Positions 1 through 10,263 of a stretch of DNA of 32,000 nucleotides are shown here, piece by piece. The notes below the pieces were generated by a model. It had not been told where the DNA came from. It saw only the letters and a program-made list of their open reading frames with translations, and did not search any database. A program made the position numbers and the translations under genes. Position 1 is the stretch's first letter, and the number at the start of each line of letters is the position of its first letter. The stretch lies in assembly GCA_024275415.1 (NCBI GenBank), contig JAJRZD010000017.1:60001-92000 (forward strand), in the 5' to 3' direction. Origin of the DNA: an archaeon (GTDB lineage Archaea > Asgardarchaeota > Thorarchaeia > Thorarchaeales > Thorarchaeaceae).

Positions 1-2400
1 GTTGACGAACCCCGGCCTGGCTCCGGACTCCACCTCAATCTGGATAGCGACTTCGTCTCTTGGGTCATATTTCATTGCGTTATGGATCATGTTGTAGAAC
101 AGGTCGATAAGGAACTCGTCCGCTTTGACTAACACCTGCCCGGATCCAAATTTCACATCGACACGTGCTTGTTTAAGAGGGAACGCGTGTTGCGTCATCA
201 TTATCGCGTTTTCCAAGACACCATGAAGGTCAATCGTAACAAGATTGGGCTCCTTGTCCATATCAATGATGGATAGCTTTCTCACATTTTCGATAAGCTG
301 AAGCCCTCTGGTCACCTGCTCCCGTATCGCTTGTGCGTGGAGTCTGCTTGAATCCGAAAGCCCAATATCCATCAATAGGAGTTCAGCTCCAATCAAAATG
401 CCCTGATGTACGTTATTCAGGTCGTGTGCAAGAAGATCCGCATAGAACTCCGCCCGAGCCTGCTCCTCTTCCAGTTTTCTCCGAGTCCGGTTTAATTCGG
501 TGACATCGCGGACTGTGGTCAACCTGACAACGTCATCCTCATAGTCCACATAATCAATGTTCAGCAGGACATCGAGAAGCGCTCCATCTTTCCTCTTAAA
601 GTGAACAAGCAGATCCCGTACAAACCCGTTGCTATGAAGCTCTTCTGTGACACGGTTTCTTTCCGTGCTTGTTGTATAGATATCATATGCTGACATCCAT
701 TCAAGCTCGTCTGCAGAAAAACCAAGCAACTCCTGAAAAGACAAGTTCGTGTCTAGGATGTCCCCTGTTTCGGTCGTGACTCCAATGGCAACAGGGGCTG
801 TTTCAAAGAGAACCTGATACCGTCTTTTTTCTAGTCTGAGGGCATCAAGGATCCTTTCATTCTCAGTGATGTCTTCTCCTGAACTAAGTGCTCCAATTAT
901 CTTTCCATCCTCGTTTCGAAGCAGGGTATTGCTCCATGATATGGTGCGAATCTCACCAGTTCTAGTTCTGATGTTATTTATCCGTTCAGCAGGGAGCTCT
1001 CTGGAACCGAGCATAAGTTGCCGGTATTCGTCCCATGCAGCCTGATAGCCGCCATTTGGGACTGCCAATTCGAACCAGTTCTTACCAATCAGGTCTTTTT
1101 CTGGATAGCCAAGAATCTGACATACTTTCTGGTTAAGCAACATGATGTCGCCATTCACATCCAATGCCACTACCATAACACCGACCAGATCCAAATACAT
1201 CTGCGACCGCTCGTGCTCCTTCTTTAAGGCACGTTCATTCTCTTTTCTCGCGGTCACATTCCTGATTATTGCCTGAAAATACAGTGGTGTGCCATTCTGT
1301 TCTCTCAGGAGGGAAAGTTTGACCTCTCCGTAGAATCTCTCTTGATTCATTTTCAGGAACTCGTGCTCACATGGGGGCAAATCTTTGCCACTCTGAATCT
1401 GCTTCAAATGCATTTCCACTTTCCTAGATTCATCACTCCAAAGCAGTTGTGCAAAGGGACTTCCTTCTAATCCCCCTTGCGAAAACCCGAACATTTCTTT
1501 TGCACGTTGGTTTGACTCCAAGATGTCCCTGTCTAGCGATAATATCAATACAGCGTCATTGTTTTGTTCAAAAAGAGCCCTGTATTTATACTCCCGTTCC
1601 AAGGCATCTCGTTCTTTCTGTTTCATTTCTGTCACATCTCTGACGAGGGACTGATACCCAACGGGCCTGTTGTCCTCGTCGTATAGGATCGTATTGGTGG
1701 TGTGGAACACAAACTCGGAACCATCTTTCCTCAGCCCGATAGCCTCCATCCCGTTCGGGTTATCTTCAAGAGAACTCAGTCGTTGTCTGAATAGATTCGC
1801 TACCCGATCTCGTTCGCTGTGAGCCAGCAACTCGGTGAAGTGCATTCCTAGTAGCTCGTCTGTTTCATACCCGAACAATGATGTTCCCTTGGCGCCCGTC
1901 AACGTGATGAAGCCATGCATGTCGGTTTGAAAAATGGCGTCTGACAGGTTCTCATACAGATAACGAAATGATGTACTGGTCGCTTCTGGTTCAATGGCAG
2001 ACTTGGTGTTTTCATGTAATACGATGATAATCCCATCTATCGTTTCGCCACTCTTCCATGGAACAAGTTCTAGTTCGAAAGTCATCCCTTTAACCGAGTA
2101 TTCCTGCGATGCCACCTTATCTCCATTGATCACCAACTGACAGTTATCGAAGGTTTCCTCTAAAATGAAAGAAATCTCTGAAAGGTGTCGTCCTACCAGT
2201 GTTATCTGTGGTTCATCTTCCGAGGCCAGGTCTGAAAAGACACGGTTATGATACACGATACGGAAGTCTTTGTCAACAACGCAAACTGCTTCATGGATAG
2301 CATCCAAGATATATGTGTGCAGATTTACATCGCCTGCCTCAATCCATGAGGCGAGGTCTTCTTCAGAATTCACGATATTGCATCTCCGGATACGGAGCAT
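1..2400 (-). CDS. Multi-PAS sensor histidine kinase, C-terminus runs off the window start
   Basis: I read this frame manually and found no stop from 2400 to 1. It is absent from the ORF track because its stop lies outside the window. Several PAS repeats (e.g. ILDAIHEAVCVVDKDFRIVYHN, YRALFEQNNDAV), H-box DLLAHDLNNVHQG and N-box FYNMIHNAMKY. Start is ATG 2400 or GTG 2373 (GGAG upstream). Confidence 0.9.
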   Translation of the reverse strand, partial: MLRIRRCNIVNSEEDLASWIEAGDVNLHTYILDAIHEAVCVVDKDFRIVYHNRVFSDLASEDEPQITLVGRHLSEISFILEETFDNCQLVINGDKVASQEYSVKGMTFELELVPWKSGETIDGIIIVLHENTKSAIEPEATSTSFRYLYENLSDAIFQTDMHGFITLTGAKGTSLFGYETDELLGMHFTELLAHSERDRVANLFRQRLSSLEDNPNGMEAIGLRKDGSEFVFHTTNTILYDEDNRPVGYQSLVRDVTEMKQKERDALEREYKYRALFEQNNDAVLILSLDRDILESNQRAKEMFGFSQGGLEGSPFAQLLWSDESRKVEMHLKQIQSGKDLPPCEHEFLKMNQERFYGEVKLSLLREQNGTPLYFQAIIRNVTARKENERALKKEHERSQMYLDLVGVMVVALDVNGDIMLLNQKVCQILGYPEKDLIGKNWFELAVPNGGYQAAWDEYRQLMLGSRELPAERINNIRTRTGEIRTISWSNTLLRNEDGKIIGALSSGEDITENERILDALRLEKRRYQVLFETAPVAIGVTTETGDILDTNLSFQELLGFSADELEWMSAYDIYTTSTERNRVTEELHSNGFVRDLLVHFKRKDGALLDVLLNIDYVDYEDDVVRLTTVRDVTELNRTRRKLEEEQARAEFYADLLAHDLNNVHQGILIGAELLLMDIGLSDSSRLHAQAIREQVTRGLQLIENVRKLSIIDMDKEPNLVTIDLHGVLENAIMMTQHAFPLKQARVDVKFGSGQVLVKADEFLIDLFYNMIHNAMKYDPRDEVAIQIEVESGARPGFVN

Positions 2401-2527
2401 CCCATGTTGGATTTATTGAAGTAGAGGTGACGAACGACTACTACATTTCCGATCTTACTTCAAATGAGAATCATTATTAATTAGGCTTTATGCATATGGC
2501 CTGTTTTAGAGGACTAGGTGGGAGGCT

Positions 2528-4732
2528 CTACTCTTCCATGTTTCCCCTTTGAAACAGCAGGATAAACCTAGCACCTTTACTGTGATCTGAAGGGACCTTA
2601 TCTTCGACCCATACATTCCCTCCATAGTGTGCCATGATTGTCTTCACCAGCGTAAGCCCTATGCCTGATTTCCGTCTGACTCCCTCATCAAAACGCTCGA
2701 AAACAGACTGCTTCAGAGAGTCGGGTATTCCTGGACCATCATCCTCAAAAAGAACTTCTACGAAGTCTGGATTCTCCGGTTTCCGGATCAAGAATTTGAC
2801 GTTAGCTTGTTTAGACTTCGAGTGCTTCACACAATTATGAAGGATATTATAGATTACATCTTCTACAAGGTCATCGGCCTTGACATAGAGGTCGTCTGAT
2901 GAGCACTCGAACTGCAACTCAAGTGATCTGTCTGAGAAACTCCGATTGACCGTTTCGACAACTCTATGGATGATTTTGACAATATCCTTGGAAACAATCT
3001 CTGCTGTTCCAGATTCGATATCTGCAAGTGTTTTCACATTTTTGATTAATCTGATGCCTCGTTTTACCTGTTCGAATGATGTAACAAGAAGTCGTCTTGT
3101 GTTTGGGGACAGGTTCTCATCGTATAACAACAGTTCCAAGCTTGACATGACACCTTGATTGATATTGATCAGGTCGTGGGACATCAGGTCATTCAGAAAT
3201 TCGGCCCTCTGCTTTGCCTGACGAAGTTCCATCTCTGCTTTTTTACGTTCAGTGATGTCCCGGACAATCGCTTGTAGTGCAGGTTCATCACCGAGTCTTA
3301 TCAAATTCAGACTGACTTCGACATCAAATTCTGTCCCATCACACATGATATGTTTCCATTCGAAAAATTGCGGGAACCCTGAATAAGCAGCATTGATCTT
3401 CTCAATCGCTTTTTCCTGCGATAGCCGTCCATCAGGCTGATACCTCGGTGATAACCGATAGGGGGTATTACCAATAATCTGTTCTCGCGTGCATCCGAAC
3501 ATCTCAAGAGTCTTGTCGTTACACTCGATAAAGACATCATCATCCATAAGGAAAATTGCGTCGTTGGCAGCCTCAAAAAGAGCCCTGTATTTCGCCTCAC
3601 TGTTACGCAGTGTATCTTCGAATCTCTTTTGCTCAGTTATCTCCTGTGTGACCTCCACGATTCCCAGCAACTCATTCTTATCATCCAATACCGGATAGCC
3701 CCTGATCCACCAGATACGCCCATCAGGTGTGTGTACCTCATGTTTAGAAGGTTGTTTCGTTATTGCGGCTTCCTGCACGGGGCATATCTCGCAGGGCTCT
3801 TCCCTACCATACCACAGCTTGTAGCATTTCTCTCCGATTAACTCCTCTGGAGCCATTCCTAATGACTCTGCGGCAGTCCTATTTGTCCACTGAATGATAT
3901 TATCTAACCCTGAATAGAAGTTCACTAGCTCGGAGAGAGCATTGAGTATTACGGTCTTTTCGCGTTCGCTCTTTTCAAGAGCCCGTTGATATTTCTCTTC
4001 TTCTGTCAGACTCCTAGCGATAAGGAGCATATGGTCGTTTGCCGCTTTCGAGAATGTACATAAGACCGGAACAGTATCCATCGAGGTACGCACATCAAGT
4101 TCAATTCGGGTTCTCTGACTTATCCCAGTTTCAAACACCACCTCCATCCTTGAAAGGATCTCATCATTACCACGGAATACCTCACCCACTTCTTTGCCGA
4201 GATAATCCAAGATTTGATTTTCGGTCAGCATAATTATATGATGATTGACCATCCGCAGCCGAAATCGGCCGTCTTCATCACGCCTAAAGATGAATGCCGG
4301 ATCCGGAATAGCATCAAACAGCTGCCTGAACAGATAGTCAGTTTCTCCCTTTTGAGTAACATCCCTTTTGATGGCCACAATATACTCTAATTCGCTTTCG
4401 TCATTCAGGATTGGAAATGCCATGATATCAATCAGTATCTCTCTTCCATCTTTCCGAATACTCTTCAGTTCTCCCTTGAAGAGCCCCTTCTTTCTGACAC
4501 TTCTTTGGATCACAGAAAGCATACGCTCATCAATGTGAATGGATTGAGATGTGCTCTTCAGCTCATCGAGTGTGTATCCATAGAGGTTCTGATGTGCCCG
4601 ATTTTGCACAATGTATTTACCATCAGCGGTGATGATAGCGATTCCATCATAGGAGCGTTCGAATATCTCCTTATACAGACGCAGAGGGAGTTTCGAAGGG
4701 GGTTTGGTTCTAGTCATCGTTGAATGCCACAC
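2528..4732 (-). CDS. Multi-PAS (about 4 PAS/PAC) sensor histidine kinase
   Basis: PAS repeats, H-box [14 protein letters not shown]-box [12 protein letters not shown]1 EDDGPGIP, G2 SGIGLTLVK. No obvious transmembrane segment, so probably cytoplasmic. Confidence 0.93.
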   Translation of the reverse strand: MWHSTMTRTKPPSKLPLRLYKEIFERSYDGIAIITADGKYIVQNRAHQNLYGYTLDELKSTSQSIHIDERMLSVIQRSVRKKGLFKGELKSIRKDGREILIDIMAFPILNDESELEYIVAIKRDVTQKGETDYLFRQLFDAIPDPAFIFRRDEDGRFRLRMVNHHIIMLTENQILDYLGKEVGEVFRGNDEILSRMEVVFETGISQRTRIELDVRTSMDTVPVLCTFSKAANDHMLLIARSLTEEEKYQRALEKSEREKTVILNALSELVNFYSGLDNIIQWTNRTAAESLGMAPEELIGEKCYKLWYGREEPCEICPVQEAAITKQPSKHEVHTPDGRIWWIRGYPVLDDKNELLGIVEVTQEITEQKRFEDTLRNSEAKYRALFEAANDAIFLMDDDVFIECNDKTLEMFGCTREQIIGNTPYRLSPRYQPDGRLSQEKAIEKINAAYSGFPQFFEWKHIMCDGTEFDVEVSLNLIRLGDEPALQAIVRDITERKKAEMELRQAKQRAEFLNDLMSHDLININQGVMSSLELLLYDENLSPNTRRLLVTSFEQVKRGIRLIKNVKTLADIESGTAEIVSKDIVKIIHRVVETVNRSFSDRSLELQFECSSDDLYVKADDLVEDVIYNILHNCVKHSKSKQANVKFLIRKPENPDFVEVLFEDDGPGIPDSLKQSVFERFDEGVRRKSGIGLTLVKTIMAHYGGNVWVEDKVPSDHSKGARFILLFQRGNMEE

Positions 4733-5277
4733 GATATAATGTCAATCTATCACGAACTGCCGTAGTTTCTTTAGCATTTTACCCAATAAAAGTCATTTCA
4801 GTTCGAAAAAAATCGGGTTGCCAACAGATACACAAGACCTAGACAGTCTTGGACATTTAGTTGTAGGTGTTCATATAGTTTCGACAAGGCCTCACCCGGT
4901 GAGGTTATCCATGACATACGTAGAACCTCACGGAGTCGTTCCCAGTGCCGTTGTCTGGGCGTACAACACTCTGGTGTCCAGGTTTGTACAACTTCCACTG
5001 AATGGTTTCCTTAACAACACGGCTTGTCTGTTGGATCTACGTGGGCATGCAGCAGTCAAAGAATACCCCTTCGTATATTCACTATCACCAAACATTCAGG
5101 TAGGCGATGTGAAGAACCATCTAGTATACAGCGCCGCTAAAATGTCGACAACGATGGTCACACTTATCTCCTCAGTATGGTAGCACTACTCTATCTCAGA
5201 GTCTATAAAGGGATGTGACGAATACCTCTGCAATGGATTCATATTTCTGCAGTATGAATGCTTCAACATGATCAGGA

Positions 5278-6198
5278 GTGAGTGTGGTAGTTATGGCTGA
5301 GCAGCCCGTGGAGGATGTGATGCCTGTCATTAATCTATCAGTTCGGATATCCAAGCCTATCGATGAGGTCTGGGAGAGCTTCCTCAACCCGGTCATCATG
5401 ACACAATGGCTTGGTAACGAGATTAGTGCTGATATGGATCCTGATGGCTATATCCGATTCTCAGGTAAGAATGCCCCTGCCATACCTGAAATGGAAAACA
5501 TATGGCGAATAAAGCGGTTCAAGGAACCTCGTGCCATTTTGTTCAGCTGGAACATCCTTGGGTCTGACACACTATTTGTCATCCGCTTCGTTGAGATTCC
5601 AACAGGCACTCAGATAGACGTGAAGCACGGTGCGATTCCCGACAGTGCAAAGGCGCTGCATCTCACCGACCACTGGAACATTCTCCTTGCGAACTTCAAG
5701 GCTGTCATCGAACTGGGCGAGCCCGCTCTCAAGTTCGACTATAGCAACTATCATCCTCTCAGGGTGACGCCCTATGACCCTCTAGAAGTGCGGCAGAGTG
5801 TCATTATCAAAGCCCCTCCAATCCTACCCTATGATGTATTCGTCAATCCCGAGAAGCTACGCCATTTCATCCGTGCTGACGACCCTGTGGTCGATAGACA
5901 GTTCGCTGGAATCTATACATGGTGGGCAGAGGGAAAAGGTCCTCATATCTTCCGAAAGCTCGTCCCTGAGAAAGAGATCGAGTTCACCTGGGCTTTCGAT
6001 GACCTTACTAATACTATCGTCAACATCCGGTTTGAGGAGGTTGCTGATGCCACACTTGTCAGTCTGCATCATCATAGCTTCCAGAAACAAGAGGATGTTG
6101 TTGGCTATGATGTGGTGTGGACAAGTGTACTTTGTGAGCTGAAGTTGGTATGCGAGCTTGGCGAATCTGGCATCGACAGAGTGATGGATTGGAGTTGA
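5278..6198 (+). CDS. Tandem SRPBCC (AHSA1/START-like) ligand-binding domain protein
   Basis: Two similar halves: ISKPIDEVWESFLNPVIMTQWLG...FSW...W and IKAPPILPYDVFVNPEKLRHF...FTW...W, the typical AHSA1-type SRPBCC pattern. Confidence 0.8.
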   Translation: MSVVVMAEQPVEDVMPVINLSVRISKPIDEVWESFLNPVIMTQWLGNEISADMDPDGYIRFSGKNAPAIPEMENIWRIKRFKEPRAILFSWNILGSDTLFVIRFVEIPTGTQIDVKHGAIPDSAKALHLTDHWNILLANFKAVIELGEPALKFDYSNYHPLRVTPYDPLEVRQSVIIKAPPILPYDVFVNPEKLRHFIRADDPVVDRQFAGIYTWWAEGKGPHIFRKLVPEKEIEFTWAFDDLTNTIVNIRFEEVADATLVSLHHHSFQKQEDVVGYDVVWTSVLCELKLVCELGESGIDRVMDWS

Positions 6199-6340
6199 AA
6201 CTTATATCATTGTGCGATCATGGAACAGGTATCACACACGCTAATATTCGCTACCAACGAAAACTCCCATGTCCAATCTAGGATACTATACCTTAGAGAG
6301 ATGGGATAGTAGCTGATACCAAAATCTGAAGTGATGCTAG

Positions 6341-8287
6341 ATGCCAGGTTCTCAGCGAGTTAAAGCTCGTACAGACGCAGGTGAAACCATAGATTGCACT
6401 CTAGAATGGAGTAAGGACGGACCCTTTCTCACTTGTGAGAAGCAAATCACCAGCTATTACCAGACGATAGCCCTACTACCAAATGATAATGGAGAGCCCA
6501 TTACAAAGCAACTCAGAAAGCGTTATCTTGTACGACTAAAACCAATTGCGCGTTACGAGTATGGATATCAAAGCTGTGGGAAGGTCACCAATGAAATTGT
6601 GAATATGTACCCGCCTGCAACAGGTTCATGGATGAACAGATTAAGCATAGGACATGATAGAGCTATCTTCTTTGTACAAGAAATCATCGGTGAGCAAAAG
6701 AAGTGGTTGACCGTAATTAGTCATACTGACGCGACTATCCTGTTTTCTTCTGCTGTCGCTCCTTACGAGGCCCAGTTCTTATCATATCGCAATGACCCTT
6801 GGAAAGAAGTATGGATTGAAGGCTTTAATGACCACAAATATCCCTATGATGAAGAAGATGCGTGGCAATTCTTGAATCGGTTCATTGATGGTTCTTCTCC
6901 CGACTGGAACTCCATTTCTGCACTGGTTAAGGATGCGAACATCCCTGACTTCGAGATGAAAGATACATTACGTGAAACGCTTGGACAGCTGGTGCCCACG
7001 TATTGGGAAGAACACATCAGATTACAGGCTATTGCATTTCTAGGATTCCTTGTTTCAGACCAAGATGTTTTCGACATCGACCCTCTCAAGCTTAACAATA
7101 TGCTATGGCCTACAGGAATCTTCAGAGAGTATTTTCTTTTGGAATTAAAGACAAGGTATCTACTGCAAACACGGATTCCTTGGATCTCAGTGTTCGCATC
7201 CAAAGACAGTAAAGGCCATCTATTTTCATGGCGTTTTCAAGATTGGTCGTCCGTCTTATACCAGAACACATATTCGGATTTATTTGATGAAGAACTAAAA
7301 GTAGCGTTCAAGCATCTTAAGAGCATGATAAAGAAACGACCCCGTATCGAAATCGCAATTAGCGCTGAGGAGGCCGCTACATCAGGCCGATTGTGGGTTG
7401 AACGTTTGATTCTCGCGACCAGTATTGGCATCAGAGGTGATATCTACTATAAGAGAGCTGGCTTGAGTGGGATCCTGTATATTGGCAAAGCATTCTCATG
7501 GCCTTTCTCTAATACCGATTGGATAATTCACCTATCTGAAAAAACTCCCAAGATAACCGAAACTAGGGCCCACTTCATGTTTGTTCCGCGCGGGACAGAA
7601 CAAGAAGTCATTGAAGTCTTTTCCGATGCATATCATGTCCATAACCATCGACGGCACATGAATCATAATTTGTTCGATGTCAGGCATGGTGTCTGGAAAG
7701 ATCTTCCGGAAGAGCTTTTCGAGGAAATTGGCAAGAAAGTGTCCCCCTCGAAACTGAATGGGTTCTTCAGTGATGGCCCCTCTATAACATTCTCAAAGAA
7801 GGAGCTCCAGGTTTTGCAATACCTGAAGACTACAATCTATCCCTCGATGGTAATCGAACAAGAACCACCATTTGATCATATCTCTAAGGAGTTCGTTTCC
7901 GAGGTTCTTGGCAGGTTCTCGAAACGTGGGGAACTAGAGATGGAATACCGACTGACCTCCACACCATCACTCATTCCTATGTACCTCATTATCGAAGGAG
8001 AGCCCAGTCGTGTCGCTGGCATAATTGATGCCCTTGACAAACGGGTTCCAACAATAAGCTGGTATACCTTGGATGATGCTAGGGCAGCACTCATCATTTT
8101 CAGGATAGCCTCACGCCATGAAACAATTTTAGAAACAAGATTACCTCCCCTCTGTGAGGAGGCTGGTGTCAGTCTAAAAATGGGGCGTCCTGTCAAGCCG
8201 AACAGTATGAGTGACACGCTCACGAGAATCTGGGACGATGGATGGACTCTTGACTTAACGGGCCTGTTAGAACAGAGAATTCTCTGA
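6341..8287 (+). CDS. Large hypothetical protein with probable Lrp/AsnC-like wHTH+RAM modules in the C-terminal half
   Basis: 648-aa ORF. FSKKELQVLQYL...ISKEFVSEVLGRFSKRGELE resembles an Lrp-type winged HTH, and an earlier YYKRAGLSGILYI resembles the HTH-to-RAM linker. Similar to the C-terminus of ORF 27844-29550. Confidence 0.5.
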   Translation: MPGSQRVKARTDAGETIDCTLEWSKDGPFLTCEKQITSYYQTIALLPNDNGEPITKQLRKRYLVRLKPIARYEYGYQSCGKVTNEIVNMYPPATGSWMNRLSIGHDRAIFFVQEIIGEQKKWLTVISHTDATILFSSAVAPYEAQFLSYRNDPWKEVWIEGFNDHKYPYDEEDAWQFLNRFIDGSSPDWNSISALVKDANIPDFEMKDTLRETLGQLVPTYWEEHIRLQAIAFLGFLVSDQDVFDIDPLKLNNMLWPTGIFREYFLLELKTRYLLQTRIPWISVFASKDSKGHLFSWRFQDWSSVLYQNTYSDLFDEELKVAFKHLKSMIKKRPRIEIAISAEEAATSGRLWVERLILATSIGIRGDIYYKRAGLSGILYIGKAFSWPFSNTDWIIHLSEKTPKITETRAHFMFVPRGTEQEVIEVFSDAYHVHNHRRHMNHNLFDVRHGVWKDLPEELFEEIGKKVSPSKLNGFFSDGPSITFSKKELQVLQYLKTTIYPSMVIEQEPPFDHISKEFVSEVLGRFSKRGELEMEYRLTSTPSLIPMYLIIEGEPSRVAGIIDALDKRVPTISWYTLDDARAALIIFRIASRHETILETRLPPLCEEAGVSLKMGRPVKPNSMSDTLTRIWDDGWTLDLTGLLEQRIL

Positions 8288-8349
8288 GGTGTCATCCTGC
8301 CAATCACAGAATCATTGACAACCCGAGTGGTAGTGGCGCACCCGTGCAA

Positions 8350-9900
8350 TCAAGACAGGACTTTACAATCTGCCAGAACGCTCTCGTCATTTGTCAGGGG
8401 AATGGGCTTTGACTGGATATGGCGGCCTTTCACATGTTTTTCGAATGCAGAAGTATGCATCCGCATCAGCGTCGTAGGTCCAAGTGCACCCATATCCCTG
8501 ACGACCCGAAATTCCTCACTATCAACCCGAACAGAGTCCTCAAAAGCGTAGACGAACTCCACGGGGTCGAAATTCAGCTCCCTGAACATCCCTGCAATGG
8601 TGTAATGTGGGATGCCCTTGGTGATCTGAGCAACAACTGTGAAATCAAGAACCTCAGCCCCTGTCTTGTGGCTGGCGTAAGCAATGGCTTTCTGGACATG
8701 GGCGTCTGTGAGCTTCTCCCCTGAGAGGTTCACGTACTTCCCTTTCCTCCCAATCGAATGTACCTCGTAGGGGCTCGTGTCAACAAAGGTCATGAGATCG
8801 CCCATTCGATAGCGATAGTAGCCTCCCATGTTGGTCAATACCATCTCATAACGTTTACCTTTCTTCACCTCAGCCAGCGGAATGGTCGTAGGATTCTCTT
8901 CTTCTGACTCGTCCTCAGGAATGAACTCCAAATAGTTCAAGTGGGGAAGAAGCAATACGCCCTTGTCAGGGTAGATTTGGTTCCCGTACCATCCCTCAGA
9001 TCCAGCATATGCCTCCCAGATGGTAACGTGTGGGAGGGTCTTCGTTATCCACTCACGATAAGGATCCGTATTGATCCCCGTGGCGATGAATTGCTTGAGA
9101 TGAGGCCACAGCATTGTCAAATCCATCGTGCCATCATCGTTCAATGCCAAGCGGATTTTGCTCTCATATTCTGTACTCTTATACTCGTCAAGAAGCCATG
9201 GGCCATATTGATTCTGCATCCGTCGAAAGAACGCAAGGGTAAGTGTGGTGATACCTGCAAAGCCAGTCACCCTATTCTCAACCGACAGCTTGGCATACGC
9301 TCGCATTTTCTCATCCATGTCTGTTATATTGTACAGATCCAACCCAGGAATCACCGTACGTTTGACAAGGAAGTTTGTTCCAAGGCTGGCGATGACACCT
9401 GTCATGTACCCGACAGGAAGGTTTCCTTTTCGTTCAAGCTCAGCAGATGCACCGAACATGACTATCTTGCCATCGAACAATTTCACGTTCTCAGGGTCTG
9501 CCTGAAGGAACGCGAATTGGTTAGCTGTAGTGCCTTTTGATACATCTGCCATCCCTGACTTTGTCAGTGGCAGTATCTTCGGTGAACCACTGGTTCCGCT
9601 GGATGATACATACCACATCACAGGATCGCGTGTGAGCACGCCTCCGTGAGGATTCGCGTATACCTGTTTGTAATAAGGTTCCATGGAATAGTAGTCTGAC
9701 AGCGGCACGCGCTCCGCAAATTCCTCTGGGCTCTTTATGGTGTCAAACCCGAACTTCCGCCCGTAGAGCGTGTCTTGTTGGGCTTGGAGAATGCTCAGCA
9801 ACTTGTTATCCATAGTTTCGACAGGATTGTTCAAGTAGGCTTCGACACGCTTGAACTTCTTCCTTGCAATGACCGAGATGAGCTTTGTCAACACGCTCAT
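8350..9900 (-). CDS. GH3 auxin-responsive-promoter family acyl-adenylase (ANL superfamily)
   Basis: Motifs SSSGTSGSPKILP, YAGSEG, YLEFIP, YEMVLTNMGGYYRYRMGD and GRKGKYVNLSGEKL are characteristic of GH3 proteins. Confidence 0.9.
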   Translation of the reverse strand: MSVLTKLISVIARKKFKRVEAYLNNPVETMDNKLLSILQAQQDTLYGRKFGFDTIKSPEEFAERVPLSDYYSMEPYYKQVYANPHGGVLTRDPVMWYVSSSGTSGSPKILPLTKSGMADVSKGTTANQFAFLQADPENVKLFDGKIVMFGASAELERKGNLPVGYMTGVIASLGTNFLVKRTVIPGLDLYNITDMDEKMRAYAKLSVENRVTGFAGITTLTLAFFRRMQNQYGPWLLDEYKSTEYESKIRLALNDDGTMDLTMLWPHLKQFIATGINTDPYREWITKTLPHVTIWEAYAGSEGWYGNQIYPDKGVLLLPHLNYLEFIPEDESEEENPTTIPLAEVKKGKRYEMVLTNMGGYYRYRMGDLMTFVDTSPYEVHSIGRKGKYVNLSGEKLTDAHVQKAIAYASHKTGAEVLDFTVVAQITKGIPHYTIAGMFRELNFDPVEFVYAFEDSVRVDSEEFRVVRDMGALGPTTLMRMHTSAFEKHVKGRHIQSKPIPLTNDESVLADCKVLS

Positions 9901-10223
9901 TGCAGGAACCTCCCTGTATTGTCGGTCTGCCTAGATAGTGATGCACCAAAGACCTTGCTCTGGATCGAGTCCTGAACAAAGAGCGATGATGTCAGCACTT
10001 CCTCAGCAGCACAATTTGAATGCTTCTTGTTGATTGACATCTGTCTGCACCCCGTGGTCAGGGACACTCTCTTGTCGAACATCCCTGATTCACTAGATAA
10101 TATATTAGGAAAACTTTGGCATATACATATGCATGAACAGTTATCGAATATAATATACCTATTCCGTCATGTTTGGGACATATCCATGTGTATTTGCAAA
10201 AACTACCGTGTTATACATTTAAG

Positions 10224-10238
10224 AATGAAATTTAAATT
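10224..10238 (+). promoter_or_regulatory. Candidate BRE-TATA box
   Basis: Purine-rich AATGAAA (10224-10230) directly followed by TTTAAATT (10231-10238). A start site 25-30 nt downstream would fall at about 10260-10265, the left arm of the inverted repeat. Confidence 0.35.
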
Positions 10239-10263
10239 GCTTATATCCCCTTGTTTAAGTCTA

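Noticed and set aside
1568-3592. 20-bp direct repeat TCAAAAAGAGCCCTGTATTT (1568-1587, 3573-3592)
   Set aside because: It encodes the same KYRALFE PAS-entry peptide in two paralogous kinases, which domain duplication explains.
4798-5183. ORFs 4818-5183 (+) and 4798-4998 (-)
   Set aside because: No recognisable motifs, and they overlap each other on opposite strands. Neither can be supported as a gene.
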